Shown one piece after another: positions 11,632-21,375 of a stretch of DNA of 28,960 nt; the stretch's first letter is position 1; the number at the start of each line of letters is the position of its first letter. The stretch spans positions 1 to 28,960 of the IMG/VR virus record IMGVR_UViG_2693429733_000004. One strand, given 5' to 3'. The stretch is from a virus (Duplodnaviria > Heunggongvirae > Uroviricota > Caudoviricetes). Under the pieces are notes generated by a model that was not told where the DNA came from, made no database searches, and saw only the letters and a program-made list of their open reading frames with translations. A program made the translations under genes and the position numbers.

Positions 11632-14185
11632 ACCGGTAGGCGATCTGGTCGTTGATTTGAGTCTGGATGCGGCCAGATTTGACGAGCAGATGGCCAGAGT
11701 CAGGCGTCATTTTTCCGGTACGGAAAGTGATGCGAAAAAAACAGCGGCAGTCGTTGAACAGTCGCTGAGCCGACAGGCGCTGGCTGCACAGAAAGCGGGG
11801 ATTTCCGTCGGGCAGTATAAAGCCGCCATGCGTATGCTGCCTGCACAGTTCACCGACGTGGCCACGCAGCTTGCAGGGGGGCAGAATCCCTGGCTGATCC
11901 TGCTGCAACAGGGTGGTCAGGTTAAGGACTCCTTCGGCGGGATGATCCCCATGTTCAGGGGGCTTGCCGGCGCGATCACCCTGCCGATGGTGGGGGCCAC
12001 CTCGCTGGCGGTGGCGACCGGTGCGCTGGCGTATGCCTGGTATCAGGGCAACTCAACCCTGTCCGATTTCAACAAAACGCTGGTCCTTTCCGGTAATCAG
12101 GCGGGACTGACGGCAGATCGTATGCTGGTCCTGTCCAGAGCCGGGCAGGCGGCAGGGCTGACGTTTAACCAGACCAGCGAGTCACTCAGCGCACTGGTTA
12201 AGGCGGGGGTAAGCGGTGAGGCTCAGATTGCGTCCATCAGCCAGAGTGTGGCGCGTTTCTCCTCTGCATCCGGCGTGGAGGTGGACAAGGTCGCTGAAGC
12301 CTTCGGGAAGCTGACCACAGACCCGACGTCGGGGCTGACGGCGATGGCACGCCAGTTCCATAACGTGACGGCGGAGCAGATTGCGTATGTTGCTCAGTTG
12401 CAGCGTTCCGGCGATGAAGCCGGGGCATTGCAGGCGGCGAACGAGGCCGCAACGAAAGGGTTTGATGACCAGACCCGCCGCCTGAAAGAGAACATGGGCA
12501 CGCTGGAGACCTGGGCAGACAGGACTGCACGTGCATTCAAATCCATGTGGGATGCGGTGCTGGATATTGGTCGTCCTGATACCGCGCAGGAGATGCTGAT
12601 TAAGGCAGAGGCTGCGTTTAAGAAAGCAGACGACATCTGGAATCTGCGCAAGGATGATTATTTCGTTAACGATGAAGCACGGGCGCGTTACTGGGATGAT
12701 CGTGAAAAAAAACGCCTGGAGCGGGATGCAGCCCAAAAGAGGGTAGATCAACAGCGTCAACAGGACAAAAATGCGCAGCAGCAGAGCGATACCGAAGCGT
12801 CACGGCTGAAATATACCGAAGAGGCGCAGAAGGCTTACGAACGGCTGCAGACGCCGCTGGAGAAATATACCGCCCGTCAGGAAGAACTGAACAAGGCACT
12901 GAAAGACGGAAAAATCCTGCAGGCAGATTACAACACGCTGATGGCGGCGGCGAAAAAGGATTATGAAGCGACGCTGAAAAAGCCGAAACAGTCCGGCGTG
13001 AAGGTGTATGCGGGCGATCGTCAGGAAGACAGTGCTCATGCGGCCCTGCTGACGCTTCAGGCAGAACTCCGGACGCTGGAGAAGCATGCCGGAGCGAATG
13101 AGAAAATCAGCCAGCAGCGCCGGGATTTGTGGAAGGCAGAAAGTCAGTTCGCGGTACTGGAGGAGGCGGCACAACGTCGCCAGCTGTCCGCACAGGAGAA
13201 ATCCCTGCTGGCGCATAAAGACGAGACGCTGGAGTACAAACGCCAGCTGGCTGCACTTGGTGACAAGGTTACGTATCAGGAGCACCTGAATGCGCTGGCG
13301 CAGCAGGCGGATAAATTCGCACAGCAGCAACGGGCAAAACGGGCAGCCATTGATGCGAAAAACCGGGGGCTGACTGACCGGCAGGCAGCGCGGGAAGCCA
13401 CGGAACAGCGCCTGAAGGAACAGTATGGCGATAATCCTCTGGCGCTGAATAACGTCATGTCAGAGCAGAAAAAGACCTGGGCGGCTGAAGACCAGCTTCG
13501 CGGGAGCTGGATGGCAGGCCTGAAGTCCGGCTGGAGTGAGTGGGAAGAGAGCGCCACGGACAGTATGTCACAGGTTAAAAGTGCAGCCACGCAGACCTTT
13601 GATGGTATTGCACAGAATATGGCGGCGATGCTGACCGGCAGTGAACAGAACTGGCGCAGCTTCACCCGCTCCGTGCTGTCCATGATGACAGAAATTCTGC
13701 TTAAGCAGGCAATGGTGGGGATTGTCGGGAGTATCGGCAGCGCCATTGGCGGGGCTGTTGGTGGCGGCGCATCCGCGTCAGGTGGTACAGCCATTCAGGC
13801 CGCTGCGGCGAAATTCCATTTTGCAACCGGGGGATTTACGGGAACCGGCGGCAAATATGAGCCAGCGGGGATTGTTCACCGTGGTGAATTTGTCTTCACG
13901 AAGGAGGCAACCAGCCGGATTGGCGTGGGGAATCTCTACCGGCTGATGCGCGGCTATGCGGAAGGTGGTTATGTGGGCGGTGCCGGAAGTCCGGCGCAGA
14001 TGCGGCGGGCTGAAGGCATTAATTTTAATCAGAACAATCACGTGGTGATTCAGAACGACGGTACGAATGGTCTGCCAGGTCCACAGATGATGAAGGCCGT
14101 GTATGACATGGCCCGCAAGGGTGCCCGTGATGAAATTCAGACACAGATGCGTGATGGTGGCCTGTTCTCCGGAGGTGGACGATGA
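11624..14185 (+). CDS. H: Tape measure protein gpH (853 aa), copy A
   Basis: 853-aa ORF MAEPVGDLVVDLSLDAARFDEQMARVRRHF… ; lambda gpH length. Confidence 0.95.
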   Translation: MAEPVGDLVVDLSLDAARFDEQMARVRRHFSGTESDAKKTAAVVEQSLSRQALAAQKAGISVGQYKAAMRMLPAQFTDVATQLAGGQNPWLILLQQGGQVKDSFGGMIPMFRGLAGAITLPMVGATSLAVATGALAYAWYQGNSTLSDFNKTLVLSGNQAGLTADRMLVLSRAGQAAGLTFNQTSESLSALVKAGVSGEAQIASISQSVARFSSASGVEVDKVAEAFGKLTTDPTSGLTAMARQFHNVTAEQIAYVAQLQRSGDEAGALQAANEAATKGFDDQTRRLKENMGTLETWADRTARAFKSMWDAVLDIGRPDTAQEMLIKAEAAFKKADDIWNLRKDDYFVNDEARARYWDDREKKRLERDAAQKRVDQQRQQDKNAQQQSDTEASRLKYTEEAQKAYERLQTPLEKYTARQEELNKALKDGKILQADYNTLMAAAKKDYEATLKKPKQSGVKVYAGDRQEDSAHAALLTLQAELRTLEKHAGANEKISQQRRDLWKAESQFAVLEEAAQRRQLSAQEKSLLAHKDETLEYKRQLAALGDKVTYQEHLNALAQQADKFAQQQRAKRAAIDAKNRGLTDRQAAREATEQRLKEQYGDNPLALNNVMSEQKKTWAAEDQLRGSWMAGLKSGWSEWEESATDSMSQVKSAATQTFDGIAQNMAAMLTGSEQNWRSFTRSVLSMMTEILLKQAMVGIVGSIGSAIGGAVGGGASASGGTAIQAAAAKFHFATGGFTGTGGKYEPAGIVHRGEFVFTKEATSRIGVGNLYRLMRGYAEGGYVGGAGSPAQMRRAEGINFNQNNHVVIQNDGTNGLPGPQMMKAVYDMARKGARDEIQTQMRDGGLFSGGGR

Positions 14186-14511
14186 AAACCTTCCGCTGGA
14201 AAGTGAAACCCGGTATGGATGTGGCTTCGGCCCCTTCTGTAAGAAAGGTGCGCTTTGGTGATGGCTATTCCCAGCGAGCGCCTGCCGGGCTGAATGCCAA
14301 CCTGAAAACGTACAGCGTGACGCTTTCTGTCCCCCGTGAGGAGGCCATGGTACTGGAGTCGTTTCTGGAAGAGCACGGGGGCTGGAAAGCCTTTCTGTGG
14401 ACGCCGCCTTATGAGTGGCGGCAGATAAAGGTGACCTGCGCAAAATGGTCGTCGCGGGTCAGTATGCTGCGTGTTGAGTTCAGCGCAGAGTTTGAACAGG
14501 TGGTGAACTGA
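14182..14511 (+). CDS. M: Tail tip protein gpM (109 aa), copy A
   Basis: 109-aa ORF, ATGA overlaps with H stop and L start. Confidence 0.9.
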   Translation: MKTFRWKVKPGMDVASAPSVRKVRFGDGYSQRAPAGLNANLKTYSVTLSVPREEAMVLESFLEEHGGWKAFLWTPPYEWRQIKVTCAKWSSRVSMLRVEFSAEFEQVVN

Positions 14512-15083
14512 TGCAGGATATCCGGCAGGAAACACTGAATGAATGCACCCGTGCGGAGCAGTCGGCCAGCGTGGTGCTCTGGGAAATCGATCTGACAGAG
14601 GTCGGTGGAGAACGTTATTTTTTCTGTAATGAGCAGAACGAAAAAGGTGAGCCGGTCACCTGGCAGGGGCGACAGTATCAGCCGTATCCCATTCAGGGGA
14701 GTGGTTTTGAACTGAATGGCAAAGGCACCAGTACGCGCCCCACGCTGATGGTTTCTAACCTGTACGGTATGGTCACCGGGATGGCGGAAGATCTACAGAG
14801 TCTGGTCGGCGGAACGGTGGTCCGGCGTAAGGTTTACGCCCGTTTTCTGGATGCGGTGAACTTCGTCAACGGAAACAGTGACGCCGATCCGGAGCAGGAG
14901 GTGATCAGCCGCTGGCGCATTGAGCAGTGCAGCGAACTGAGCGCGGTGAGTGCCTCTTTTGTACTGTCCACGCCGACGGAAACAGATGGCGCTGTTTTTC
15001 CGGGACGTATCATGCTGGCCAACACCTGCACCTGGACCTATCGCGGAAAATGGCGAATTACCGTCTTATATCACTGGCGCTGA
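14511..15083 (+). pseudogene. L: Truncated gpL (first ~179 codons of a ~232-codon gene) fused to 11 unrelated codons - left side of recombination joint
   Basis: Identical in register to intact L copy (20667..21365) through …PGRIMLANTC.W.YRG, then diverges (KWRITVLYHWR*) where the intact copy continues DECGYNGPAVADEFD…. Confidence 0.8.
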
Positions 15084-15160
15084 CATCTCCGGATGACGGG
15101 GGCAGCTGTTATCTCTGGCTCAACCGTGGGCAACCACCCGCAGTTAACCGGCGACGATAA
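15048..15160 (+). pseudogene. 3' remnant of a second FII gene (last ~25 codons) - right side of the L'::FII' joint
   Basis: Reading frame ending at TAA 15158..15160 encodes …TSPDDGGSCYLWLNRGQPPAVNRRR, parallel to the FII C-terminus at 8970..9047, followed by Z copy B at the same spacing. Confidence 0.65.
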
Positions 15161-15174
15161 ACGCAGGGTGAATT

Positions 15175-15750
15175 ATGGCGATAAAAGGGCTTGATCAGGC
15201 GATTGACAATCTGAGCCGGGTTCGTAAAAACGCCATTCCGGCTGCTTCTGCAATGACCATTAACCGCGTGGCCACAACGGCGATTAATCAGTCTTCGTCA
15301 CAGGTTGCCCGGGAAACCAGGGTGAGACGGAAACTGGTAAAGGAACGGTCCAGACTGAAACGGGCGACGGTCAGAAATCCGAATGCCAGAATTATCGTTA
15401 ACCGCGGTGATCTCCCTGTGATTAAGCTGGGGATCAGAATGCTGGGGCGTCGTCCGAACAGCATACTCAAAGCCGGTCAGCATCGTTATCAGCGGGCATT
15501 TATCCAGCGATTAAATAATGGGCGCTGGCATGTTATGCAACGTCTTCCCCAGGCCAGATATGAGGAGGGCAATGACGACAAGGGAAGGAAAAAGCGTAAT
15601 CGCCTTCCCATTCAGGTGGTGAAAATCCCGATGGCGGCCCCACTGAAACAGGCATTTGATGAGAATGTTGACCGTATCCGGCGTGAACGCCTGCCTAAAG
15701 AACTGGCATACGCGCTGAAACAACAACTGAGGATTGCGATAAAACGATGA
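15175..15750 (+). CDS. Z: Tail completion protein gpZ paralog (191 aa), tail module copy B
   Basis: MAIKGLDQAIDNLSRVRKNAIPAASAMTINRVATTAINQSSSQVARE… ; ~70% aa identity to copy A by eye. Confidence 0.85.
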   Translation: MAIKGLDQAIDNLSRVRKNAIPAASAMTINRVATTAINQSSSQVARETRVRRKLVKERSRLKRATVRNPNARIIVNRGDLPVIKLGIRMLGRRPNSILKAGQHRYQRAFIQRLNNGRWHVMQRLPQARYEEGNDDKGRKKRNRLPIQVVKIPMAAPLKQAFDENVDRIRRERLPKELAYALKQQLRIAIKR

Positions 15751-16142
15751 AACACACTGACATTCGTGCCGCAGTGCTGGATGCACTCGAGCAGCATGAA
15801 CACGGGGCGACGCTGTTTGATGGTCGCCCCGTTGTTTTTGACGAAGAGGATTTTCCTGCGATCGCGGTTTATCTGACGGATGCAGAGTATACCGGTGAAG
15901 AGCTGGATGCAGATACCTGGCGGGCCACACTGCATATTGAGGTGTTTTTACCGGCACAGGTACCTGATTCGGAGCTCGATCAGTGGATGGAAAGCCGGAT
16001 TTATCCGGCGATGACTGCGATCCCTGCACTGGCAGGACTGATTACCACGATGGTTACGCAGGGCTATGAGTATCGTCGTGATGACGATATGGCGTTATGG
16101 AGCTCTGCGGATCTGACTTATTCCATTACATACGAGATGTGA
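15747..16142 (+). CDS. U: Tail terminator gpU paralog (131 aa), copy B
   Basis: [44 protein letters not shown]…. Confidence 0.85.
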   Translation: MKHTDIRAAVLDALEQHEHGATLFDGRPVVFDEEDFPAIAVYLTDAEYTGEELDADTWRATLHIEVFLPAQVPDSELDQWMESRIYPAMTAIPALAGLITTMVTQGYEYRRDDDMALWSSADLTYSITYEM

Positions 16143-16149
16143 GGACGAT

Positions 16150-16902
16150 ATGGCAACACCAAATCCCCTGGAGCCGGTAAAAGGTGCCGGTACCACTCTG
16201 TGGGTTTACAACGGCAAGGCTGATGCTTATGCAAACCCGTTGTCAGACGATGACTGGCAGCGACTGGCTAAGGTGAAGGATCTGACGCCGGGCGAGATGA
16301 CGGCTGAATCCTATGATGATAACTACCTGGATGATGAAGACGCGGACTGGAGCGCGACCGGGCAGGGGCAGAAATCTGCAGGTGATACCAGTTTTACGCT
16401 GGCCTGGAAACCGGGAGAGGAAGGCCAGAAAGGGCTTATAGGCTGGTTTGAAAGCGGCGATGTCCGGGCCTATAAAATCCGTTTTCCGAATGGCACGGTG
16501 GATGTGTTTCGTGGCTGGGTCAGCAGTATCGGTAAGGCCGTGACGGCGAAAGAAGTGATCACCCGCACGGTGAAAGTCACTAACGTGGGTAAACCTTCTG
16601 TAGCGGAAGAACGCAGCAAAATTACGCCGGTCAGTGCGATTAAGGTGACGCCGACATCCGGTACGGTGGCAAAAGGGAAAACAACCACCCTGACGGTTTC
16701 TTTTGAGCCGGAAAGTGCAACCGACAAGACGTTCAGAGCGGTTTCCGCCGATCCGTCGAAAGCCACCATTAGTGTGAAAGATATGACAATTACGGTAAAC
16801 GGCGTGGCGACAGGTAAGGTGCAGATCCCTGTGGTGAGCGGAAATGGTCAGTTCGCCGCAGTGGCTGAAGTCACCGTTACTGAAGCGGGCGCTGCAGGGT
16901 AA
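16150..16902 (+). CDS. V: Major tail tube protein gpV paralog (250 aa) with Ig-like C-terminal domain, copy B
   Basis: [49 protein letters not shown]…. Confidence 0.85.
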   Translation: MATPNPLEPVKGAGTTLWVYNGKADAYANPLSDDDWQRLAKVKDLTPGEMTAESYDDNYLDDEDADWSATGQGQKSAGDTSFTLAWKPGEEGQKGLIGWFESGDVRAYKIRFPNGTVDVFRGWVSSIGKAVTAKEVITRTVKVTNVGKPSVAEERSKITPVSAIKVTPTSGTVAKGKTTTLTVSFEPESATDKTFRAVSADPSKATISVKDMTITVNGVATGKVQIPVVSGNGQFAAVAEVTVTEAGAAG

Positions 16903-16915
16903 ACGGAGGTAATAC

Positions 16916-17347
16916 ATGTTTCTGAAAACAGAACAATTTGAATATAACGGTGTGTCTGTCACGCTTTCCGAATTGTCTGCGCTGCAGCGTATCGAGCATC
17001 TTGCCCTCCTGAAACGGCGTGCAGAACAGGCAGAATCCAGCGGCAACCTGCAGGTAAGCGTGGAAGATCTCGTCAGAACCGGCGCGTTTCTGGTGGCGAT
17101 GTCCCTGTGGCATAACCATCCACAGAAAACGCAGTCACCGTCAATGAATGAGGCCGTGATGAAGATAGAGCAGGAAGTGCTCACCACCTGGCCTGCCGAT
17201 GCCATTGCCCGGGCGGAAGACGTGGTGTTGTGCCTGTCCGGGATGATCGAAGCTGTTCGTCCGGATACTGATATTACTGAAGTGGCGAAAAATAACACGC
17301 TGACTGATGATGATTTTTCTGCGGGAAAGTCTTCGACGGCGAGCTGA
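16916..17347 (+). CDS. G: Tail assembly chaperone gpG paralog (143 aa), copy B
   Basis: MFLKTEQFEYNGVSVTLSELSALQRIEHL… ; ends …SAGKSSTAS. Confidence 0.85.
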   Translation: MFLKTEQFEYNGVSVTLSELSALQRIEHLALLKRRAEQAESSGNLQVSVEDLVRTGAFLVAMSLWHNHPQKTQSPSMNEAVMKIEQEVLTTWPADAIARAEDVVLCLSGMIEAVRPDTDITEVAKNNTLTDDDFSAGKSSTAS

Positions 17348-17787
17348 ACTTTGCCCTCAGACTGGCGCGTGAGATGGGGAGACCCGACTGGCGCGCCATG
17401 CTTGCCGGGATGACATCCACCGAATATGCCGACTGGCACCGTTTTTACCGCACGCATTATTTTCAGGATACCCAGCTGGATATGCATTTTTCCGGGCTGA
17501 CGTACGCTGTACTCAGCCTGTTTTTTTGCGATCCGGATATGCATCCCTCTGATTTCAGTCTGCTTGTCCCCCGGCATGAGGAAGAGCAGGTGGAGAGGCC
17601 GGATGAGGACAAAATGCTGATGCAGAAAGCGGCAGGACTTGCCGGAGGCGTCCGGTTCGGTGGGGACGGAGGGCGCGATATTTTATCGTCTGCGGATGTG
17701 GCGGATGTCATGGTGGATGATGCCGCATTAATGATGGCTTCAGCGGGGATTCCGGGAGGTGTGAGATATGTCCCAGCCGGTTGGTGA
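16916..17787 (+). CDS. T: GT fusion chaperone (via -1 frameshift), copy B
   Basis: T-frame ORF to 17787 overlapping H copy B start; same arrangement as copy A. Confidence 0.75.
17323..17329 (+). promoter_or_regulatory. -1 frameshift slippery heptamer G GGA AAG, copy B
   Basis: GGGAAAG in phase with the G copy B frame; -1 frame open to 17787. Confidence 0.75.
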
Positions 17788-20341
17788 TCTTGTTATTGAC
17801 CTGAGTCTGGATGCTGTCCGTTTCGATGAGCAGATGAGCCGGGTAAGGCGTCATTTTTCAGGTCTGGATACCGACGCCAGAAAAACCGCCAGTGCTGTTG
17901 AACAGGGCCTGAGCCGCCAGGCGCTGGCTGCACAAAAAGCCGGGATTTCCGTCGGGCAGTATAAAGCGGCCATGCGAACCCTGCCCGCACAGTTTACGGA
18001 TATCGCCACGCAGCTTGCCGGTGGTCAGAATCCCTGGCTGATCCTGCTGCAACAGGGCGGTCAGGTTAAGGACTCCTTCGGCGGGATGATCCCCATGTTC
18101 AGGGGGCTTGCCGATGCGATCACCCTGCCGATGGTCGGGGTCACCTCGCTGGCGGTGGCGACAGGTGCACTGGTGTACGCCTGGTACCAGGGAGATTCCA
18201 CGCTTTCAGCGTTTAATAAAACCCTGGTTCTTTCCGGTAATCAGTCCGGACTGACTGCCGATCGTATGCTGACTCTCTCAAGAGCCGGGCAGGCAGCAGG
18301 GCTGACGTTTAACCAGGCGAGAGAGTCACTGGCAGCCCTGGTGAATGCCGGTGTGCGTGGTGGTGAACAGTTTGATGCCATCAACCAGAGTGTCGCGCGT
18401 TTTGCGTCTGCATCCGGTGTGGAGGTGGATAAAGTCGCTGAAGCCTTCGGGAAGCTGACCACTGACCCGACGTCGGGACTGATGGCGATGGCGCGCCAGT
18501 TCCGTAACGTGACGGCAGAGCAGATTGCGTATGTTGCACAGCTGCAGCGTTCCGGAGACGAGGCCGGGGCATTGCAGGCGGCGAACGATATCGCCACGAA
18601 AGGCTTTGATGAGCAGACCCGTCGCCTGAAAGAAAACATGGGAACACTGGAGACCTGGGCGGATAAAACAGGGAAGGCATTCAAATCGATGTGGGATGCC
18701 ATTCTGGATATCGGTCGTCCGGAATCCTCAGCGGATATGCTCGCCAGTGCGCAGAAGGCATTTGATGAGGCGGATAAAAAATGGCAGTGGTACCAGAGTC
18801 GGAGCCAGCGCCGCGGTAAAACCTCCTCTTTCCGGGCCAACCTTCAGGGCGCATGGGATGACCGGGAAAATGCCCGTCTGGGTCTGGCAGCGGCAACGCT
18901 GCAGTCGGATATGGAAAAAGCCGGTGAACTGGCGGCAAGGGACAGGGCTGAGCGTGAGTCGTCACAGCTGAAGTATACCGGAGAGGCGCAGAAGGCGTAT
19001 GAGCGCCTGCTGACGCCACTGGAGAAATATACCGCCCGGCAGGAAGAGCTGAATAAGGCCCTGAAAGACGGGAAAATCCTGCAGGCGGATTACAACACGC
19101 TGATGGCGTCGGCAAAAAAGGATTATGAGTCGACGCAGAAAAAGCCGTCCGGTGTGAAGGTGTCTGCCGGTGAGCGCCAGGAAGACCAGGCGCATGCAGC
19201 CCTGCTGGCGCTTGAAACTGAGCTCAGGACGCTGGAGAAGCACAGCGGTGCGAATGAAAAAATCAGCCAGCAGCGCCGTGATTTATGGAAAGCGGAAAAT
19301 CAGTATGTGGTCCTGAAAGAGGCCGCCACGAAACGGCAGTTATCTGAGCAGGAAAAATCCCTGCTGGCCCATGAGAAAGAAACGCTGGAGTACAAACGCC
19401 AGCTGGCTGAGCTGGGCGACAAGATTGAACACCAGAAACGGCTGAATGAGCTGGCACAGCAGGCGGCGCGGTTTGAACAGCAGCAGAGCGCGAAGCAGGC
19501 GGCAATCAGCGCAAAAGCCCGCGGACTCACCGACCGTCAGGCGCAGCGGGAGTCGGAAGAGCAGCGCCTTCGTGAGGTGTACGGTGATAATCCGGCTGCG
19601 CTGGCGAAGGCCACATCTGCACTGAAGAACACCTGGTCTGCGGAGGAGCAGCTTCGTGGAAGCTGGATGGCCGGGATGAAGTCCGGCTGGGGCGAGTGGG
19701 CGGAAAGTGCGACGGACAGTTTTTCGCAGGTTAAAAACGCGGCCACGCAGACCTTTGACGGTATTGCACAGAATATGGCAGCGATGCTGATCGGCAGCGA
19801 ACAGAACTGGCGTGGTTTCACCCGTTCTGTGCTGTCCATGCTGACAGAGATTTTTCTGAAGCAGGCGATGGTGGGGATAGTCGGGAGTATCGGCAGCGCC
19901 ATTGGCGGTGCTTTCGGTGGTGGTGCGTCTGCCTCCACGGGGACGGCCATTCAGGCTGCGGCGGCGAACTTCCATTTCGCGACCGGGGGATTTACGGGGA
20001 CGGGGGGTAAATATGAACCTGCGGGGATTGTTCATCGCGGGGAGTTTGTCTTCACGAAGGAGGCGACCAGCCGGATTGGTGTCGGCAATCTGTACCGCCT
20101 GATGCGGGGCTATGCGGAAGGTGGTTATGTCGGCGGTGCCGGAAGTCCGGCGCAGATGCGGCGGGCGGAAGGCATTAATTTTAATCAGAACAATCACGTG
20201 GTGATTCAGAACGACGGCCCCAACGGGCGGGCAGGGCCGCAGCTGATGAAAGCGGTGTATGAGATGGCCCGCAAGGGGGCACAGGATGAACTCCGGCTGC
20301 AGTTGCGTGATGGCGGTATGTTATCAGGGAGCGGTGGATGA
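17768..20341 (+). CDS. H: Tape measure protein gpH paralog (857 aa), copy B
   Basis: MSQPVGDLVIDLSLDAVRFDEQMSRVRRHF… ; collinear with copy A but diverged in central coiled-coil region. Confidence 0.9.
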   Translation: MSQPVGDLVIDLSLDAVRFDEQMSRVRRHFSGLDTDARKTASAVEQGLSRQALAAQKAGISVGQYKAAMRTLPAQFTDIATQLAGGQNPWLILLQQGGQVKDSFGGMIPMFRGLADAITLPMVGVTSLAVATGALVYAWYQGDSTLSAFNKTLVLSGNQSGLTADRMLTLSRAGQAAGLTFNQARESLAALVNAGVRGGEQFDAINQSVARFASASGVEVDKVAEAFGKLTTDPTSGLMAMARQFRNVTAEQIAYVAQLQRSGDEAGALQAANDIATKGFDEQTRRLKENMGTLETWADKTGKAFKSMWDAILDIGRPESSADMLASAQKAFDEADKKWQWYQSRSQRRGKTSSFRANLQGAWDDRENARLGLAAATLQSDMEKAGELAARDRAERESSQLKYTGEAQKAYERLLTPLEKYTARQEELNKALKDGKILQADYNTLMASAKKDYESTQKKPSGVKVSAGERQEDQAHAALLALETELRTLEKHSGANEKISQQRRDLWKAENQYVVLKEAATKRQLSEQEKSLLAHEKETLEYKRQLAELGDKIEHQKRLNELAQQAARFEQQQSAKQAAISAKARGLTDRQAQRESEEQRLREVYGDNPAALAKATSALKNTWSAEEQLRGSWMAGMKSGWGEWAESATDSFSQVKNAATQTFDGIAQNMAAMLIGSEQNWRGFTRSVLSMLTEIFLKQAMVGIVGSIGSAIGGAFGGGASASTGTAIQAAAANFHFATGGFTGTGGKYEPAGIVHRGEFVFTKEATSRIGVGNLYRLMRGYAEGGYVGGAGSPAQMRRAEGINFNQNNHVVIQNDGPNGRAGPQLMKAVYEMARKGAQDELRLQLRDGGMLSGSGG

Positions 20342-20667
20342 AAACCTTTCGCTGGAAAGTGAAGCCGGATATGGAGGTGAACTCGCAGCCATCGGTGCGT
20401 GAAGTGCGTTTTGGTGACGGGTACTCACAGCGTATGGCGGCAGGGCTGAATGCTGACCTGAAAACATACAGGGTGACGCTTTCCGTGACCCGGGAGGAGG
20501 CCCGGCATCTGGAAGCGTTCCTGGCAGAGCACGGTGGCTGGAAGGCATTTTTGTGGAAGCCACCCTATGCATACCGGCAGATAAAGGTGACCTGTGCCGG
20601 GTGGTCTGCGCGGGTCGGGATGTTGCGCGTTGAGTTCAGCGCGGAGTTTAAGCAGGTGGTGAACTGA
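20338..20667 (+). CDS. M: Tail tip protein gpM paralog (109 aa), copy B
   Basis: MKTFRWKVKPDMEVNSQPSVREVRFGDGYSQ…. Confidence 0.9.
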   Translation: MKTFRWKVKPDMEVNSQPSVREVRFGDGYSQRMAAGLNADLKTYRVTLSVTREEARHLEAFLAEHGGWKAFLWKPPYAYRQIKVTCAGWSARVGMLRVEFSAEFKQVVN

Positions 20668-21365
20668 TGCAGGATATTCGCGAAGAAAGTCTGAACGAGT
20701 CGGTTAAGTCAGAGCAGTCACCGCGGGTGGTACTCTGGGAAATCGACCTGACGGTACAGGGTGGTGAGCGGTATTTTTTCTGTAATGAGCTGAATGAAAA
20801 AGGGGAGCCGGTCACCTGGCAGGGGCGTAAGTATGAGGCATACCCGATTGACGGCAGCGGCTTTGAGATGAACGGCCGGGGCAGCAGTGCCAGACCGTCG
20901 CTGACGGTGTCCAATCTGTTCGGTCTGGTCACCGGGATGGCGGAAGACCTGCAGAGTCTGGTGGGGGCCACGGTGGTCCGCCGCCGGGTGTATGCCCGTT
21001 TTCTGGATGCGGTGAATTTCGTTGCGGGCAATCCGGAGGCGGACCCGGAGCAGGAGCTGAGTGACCGCTGGGTGGTGGAGCAGATGTCGCAGCTGACAGC
21101 CATGACGGCCTCGTTTGTGCTGGCTACACCGACCGAGACGGACGGGGCGCTGTTTCCCGGTCGCATCATGCTGGCGAACACCTGTATGTGGGATTACCGG
21201 GGAGATGAATGCGGGTATAACGGTCCTGCGGTGGCGGATGAGTTCGACAACCCCACCACGGATATCCGTAAGGACAGATGCAGCAAGTGCATGCGCGGGT
21301 GTGAACTGCGCAGGAATGTCGGCAATTTTGGCGGTTTCCTTTCCATTAATAAACTTTCGCAGTAA
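20667..21365 (+). CDS. L: Tail tip protein gpL, full length (232 aa; Cys-rich C-terminus), copy B
   Basis: 232-aa ORF ending …CMWDYRGDECGYNGPAVADEFDNPTTDIRKDRCSKCMRGCELRRNVGNFGGFLSINKLSQ. Confidence 0.9.
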   Translation: MQDIREESLNESVKSEQSPRVVLWEIDLTVQGGERYFFCNELNEKGEPVTWQGRKYEAYPIDGSGFEMNGRGSSARPSLTVSNLFGLVTGMAEDLQSLVGATVVRRRVYARFLDAVNFVAGNPEADPEQELSDRWVVEQMSQLTAMTASFVLATPTETDGALFPGRIMLANTCMWDYRGDECGYNGPAVADEFDNPTTDIRKDRCSKCMRGCELRRNVGNFGGFLSINKLSQ

Positions 21366-21375
21366 ATCCCGGTTT

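Noticed and set aside
14927-15160. 77-aa ORF spanning the L'::FII' joint
   Set aside because: Its first two thirds are an out-of-frame read of L and only the last ~25 codons are meaningful (FII C-terminus); it is a by-product of the recombination joint, not a gene.
16243-17577. 444-aa ORF on the - strand (and similar long - strand ORFs at 1872..2639, 7340..7891, 12182..14443, 19340..20197, 20718..21455, 23779..25700, 26485..28242)
   Set aside because: All lie antisense to well-supported, conserved + strand structural genes in GC-rich sequence; translations are Arg/Cys/Pro-rich and low complexity with no recognisable domains or start signals. Treated as spurious antisense frames.
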